Of a stretch of DNA of 27,384 nt, positions 26,101 through 27,384 are shown one piece after another. The translations under genes and the position numbers were made by a program. Each line of letters begins with the position of its first letter. Positions within the stretch are counted from its first letter, which is position 1. The notes under the pieces are model-generated. The model made no database searches, had not been told where the DNA came from, and saw nothing but the letters and a program-made list of their open reading frames with translations. This stretch comes from a virus (lineage: Duplodnaviria; Caudoviricetes), in the IMG/VR virus record IMGVR_UViG_3300031454_000237, positions 1 to 27,384 of that record. One strand, written 5' to 3'.

Positions 26101-27384
26101 GACAACGTCACCCGCAACCGGATCGCCACGTTCACCGCCGAGGTGTTCACCGGCAACGCCGAATACGGGCTGCAGGCCGTCACCGACAAGCAGCGTGTAG
26201 CGCAGATCATCGCCTACGCTTTGGCGGCTGACGCCAGCATCAACCTGGACACCGTTGCCGGCCGGCAGCGCATCGCCCGGATCATCGCTGAGGCGTTCGG
26301 CATCGAAAGCGCCGAGGCCCGGCTCAGTGCTGCGGCGCGTGAGCGCATCGCCATGTTGGTTGGGATGGCGATCACCGGCAACGCGGACGCCGACTTGAAC
26401 ACGACGGCCGGCCGTCAGCGCATCGCGGACATCGTGGCCAACGCGATCACCGGACAGGCTCAGTACGGCCTCCAGAACGTGACCGACAAGAAGCGGGTGG
26501 CGGACATCATCGCCAACGCCATCGCCGGTGGCGCCGACGTCGACCTGAACACCGTGGCCGGCCGCAAACGGATCGCCGAGCTGTTGGCGGACGCCAACCT
26601 GGGCAGCGCGCCCGGGGAACTGGATGGGGCGGCCAAGGACCGGTCGTCGACAATCAACGTGGATGCGAACACGAGCAAAGCTGTCTCGGCGATTGACTAT
26701 GCAGCCCGGAACCGGGACGCCACCATTAGCGTCGCGGCGTCAGTGCAGAGAGTGGGCGACTGGGCGAACCTCGGCAAGTTCTACGGCGGCGGAGCAGCCA
26801 GGCCAAACCGCTGGGGCGGCATCGACTCCTATGCGTCGGGCGGCGTCAACAACATCACCACCGCCGGGGTCTACCGAGGCGATCTGATCCGCTTCGCTGA
26901 ACCCGAGACGGTGAAGGAGGCGTACATTCCGTTCCGAGGTGACGCTGCCCGGTCGATGGCGATCCTCGCCGAGACGGCTTCATGGTTCAACGCTGCGGTC
27001 GTCCCGATGGCCGCTGGCGGGGTGGTGCGGCAGCTGGTGGCCGGTGACCCGGGTTACCTCGATGATGGGTTCGAAGCCAACAGCATGAGTTCCCCGGACA
27101 GGGGCAAGCCAGGAGCCGTACAGGCCGAGGACGGTAGCTGGATCTCACCCGCAAAGGCCAAGACCTACTGGGCCAAACCAGCGGCACCGGCCCGGGCATC
27201 GGGCGGGGGCGGGGGTGGCGGGTCCAAGAAGATCGGTATGGGCCAACTCACCTTCAAGACGATGGCGGCTGGCGGCATCAACTACACCGGCTCCGGTCGC
27301 ACAAGCCCGAACCTCACCCCGACGCCGATGCCCCGCACCACGATGGTCCCGACCGGCAGCGGTCGCGGTGGCGCCACAACCGTG
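23107..27384 (+). CDS. Tail tape measure protein (TP901-type), truncated by the window edge; absent from the ORF track
   Basis: MGGAWRTISVALKAD...FESGMSAIGAVSGATASEMDMLREKALQLGADTSFSASEAASAMEELAKAG...GIKGSDAGTSLKTM; late FAEPETVKEAYIP motif; same frame still open at 27384. Confidence 0.93.
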   Translation, partial: MGGAWRTISVALKADTSGYLGPLGTASAATRKMGSEVDSSTKKAGSSWLSLNKIVKVGAAGMVLAVGAFLGASISAASKFESGMSAIGAVSGATASEMDMLREKALQLGADTSFSASEAASAMEELAKAGVPVEGIMNGAADATVALAAAGGIALPEAAAIAANAMNQFNLSASDLPGIADKIAGAANASSIDVSDFGMSMSQVGAVANLVGFSFDDTALAITAMGNAGIKGSDAGTSLKTMFMRLEPSTEKATGLMADLGIITADGSNKFFDAAGNAKSMAEVSGVLATALEGQSNQQKLATLNTLFGSDAIRGAAVVAELGADGFNKLNTEVGKVTAAEVAAERMNNLKGSLEQLSGSVETLMIKVGSNLTPFLRDAADGATTFVNAISSGDLAGTFLDPVLDAARNLEPAWRNVVDIGGDLANILGEVGGFVGPLAADMAKLAAAAGIVGLSVLASGLSSLTGFLAENEGLVRALTLALVGLAAVKGFSALSSAAETLALKFLYARDAMVATSAVQFGSTVLSQLKLIGTGLATMTSSASTGFGMIKQGASGLASAFLTPAAGIAGMAVVLAGIATAFNNAKKKGKEFADSLSDGVRYNDLESLSTAIGNAAPQVGALNDKWGGMNNTLDSLIATHEVLNPMVANTFLETKEGAEQGQAALDALRDRYDTLGDAVEAASSATGLSGDVVERWIQKLKIPEDRLGDLDYVAAKVKAASDAAATGTPATQTLTEAVAILADETANATDRMEAFKDAMDAALGIPKNLADAQREWQQSIRDTSAALYELVGTDPAAFAAGGAEAFDLLTASGLATDAAFSGLVDNGYAVAESMAAAGNSKGATDALMATRAEVIRLGESFGIPTAELEGYLQKIGLTPEQINTFVQLNGADAAAAEFQNVFPNELVMKVVANAVMASADSDLNNLAARTRIATVVANAITGKAEYGLRNVTDKRWVTQVILDALTNDATIDLRTVEGQERIALIVAQTFGVDTANAEIDNVTRNRIATFTAEVFTGNAEYGLQAVTDKQRVAQIIAYALAADASINLDTVAGRQRIARIIAEAFGIESAEARLSAAARERIAMLVGMAITGNADADLNTTAGRQRIADIVANAITGQAQYGLQNVTDKKRVADIIANAIAGGADVDLNTVAGRKRIAELLADANLGSAPGELDGAAKDRSSTINVDANTSKAVSAIDYAARNRDATISVAASVQRVGDWANLGKFYGGGAARPNRWGGIDSYASGGVNNITTAGVYRGDLIRFAEPETVKEAYIPFRGDAARSMAILAETASWFNAAVVPMAAGGVVRQLVAGDPGYLDDGFEANSMSSPDRGKPGAVQAEDGSWISPAKAKTYWAKPAAPARASGGGGGGGSKKIGMGQLTFKTMAAGGINYTGSGRTSPNLTPTPMPRTTMVPTGSGRGGATTV
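25837..26730 (+). repeat. About 12 degenerate 25-aa (75-nt) repeats in the tape measure protein
   Basis: Recurring RIA.I.A.A.TG.A...L..V unit; A[E/Q]YGL at 25933, 26158 and 26458 (spacings 225 and 300 nt). Confidence 0.8.

Larger units (their letters stand above)
34..27384. mobile_element. Temperate actinobacteriophage/prophage (siphovirus-type), partial; both ends outside the window
   Basis: Canonical order immunity - recombination/replication - terminase - portal - scaffold - capsid - neck - tail tube - chaperones - tape measure; WhiB gene and high GC point to an actinobacterial host; no att site or integrase visible. Confidence 0.95.

Noticed and set aside
25837-26730. Diversity-generating retroelement TR/VR pair
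   Set aside because: Repeats differ at all base types, are in-frame protein repeats, and no reverse transcriptase is present

Overview
GC-rich actinobacterial temperate siphophage or prophage segment. A leftward immunity cassette (XRE repressor, ImmA/IrrE metalloprotease, lipoprotein, small ORF) is followed by a rightward early/replication region (YqaJ exonuclease, SSB-like protein, PD-(D/E)XK nuclease, primase-polymerase/DUF3987). Next come a regulator trio (WhiB, LmbU-like, Arc-like RHH) and a morphogenesis region (terminases, portal, scaffold, decoration, capsid, MuF with metallopeptidase tail, neck, tail tube, frameshifting chaperones, tape measure running off the right edge). No integrase or lysis genes are in view. 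The most notable signals are regulatory. (1) A PafBC-type RecA-independent DNA-damage promoter sits directly in front of the ImmA anti-repressor. (2) Five copies of a fixed-geometry TGCATCC-N23-nACnnT candidate late promoter occur in the structural region. (3) A variant initiator tRNA is embedded behind the capsid gene. An ADP-ribosyltransferase-like ORF and a MuF toxin/partner pair are also present. All assignments come from reading motifs by eye; no database searches were run.
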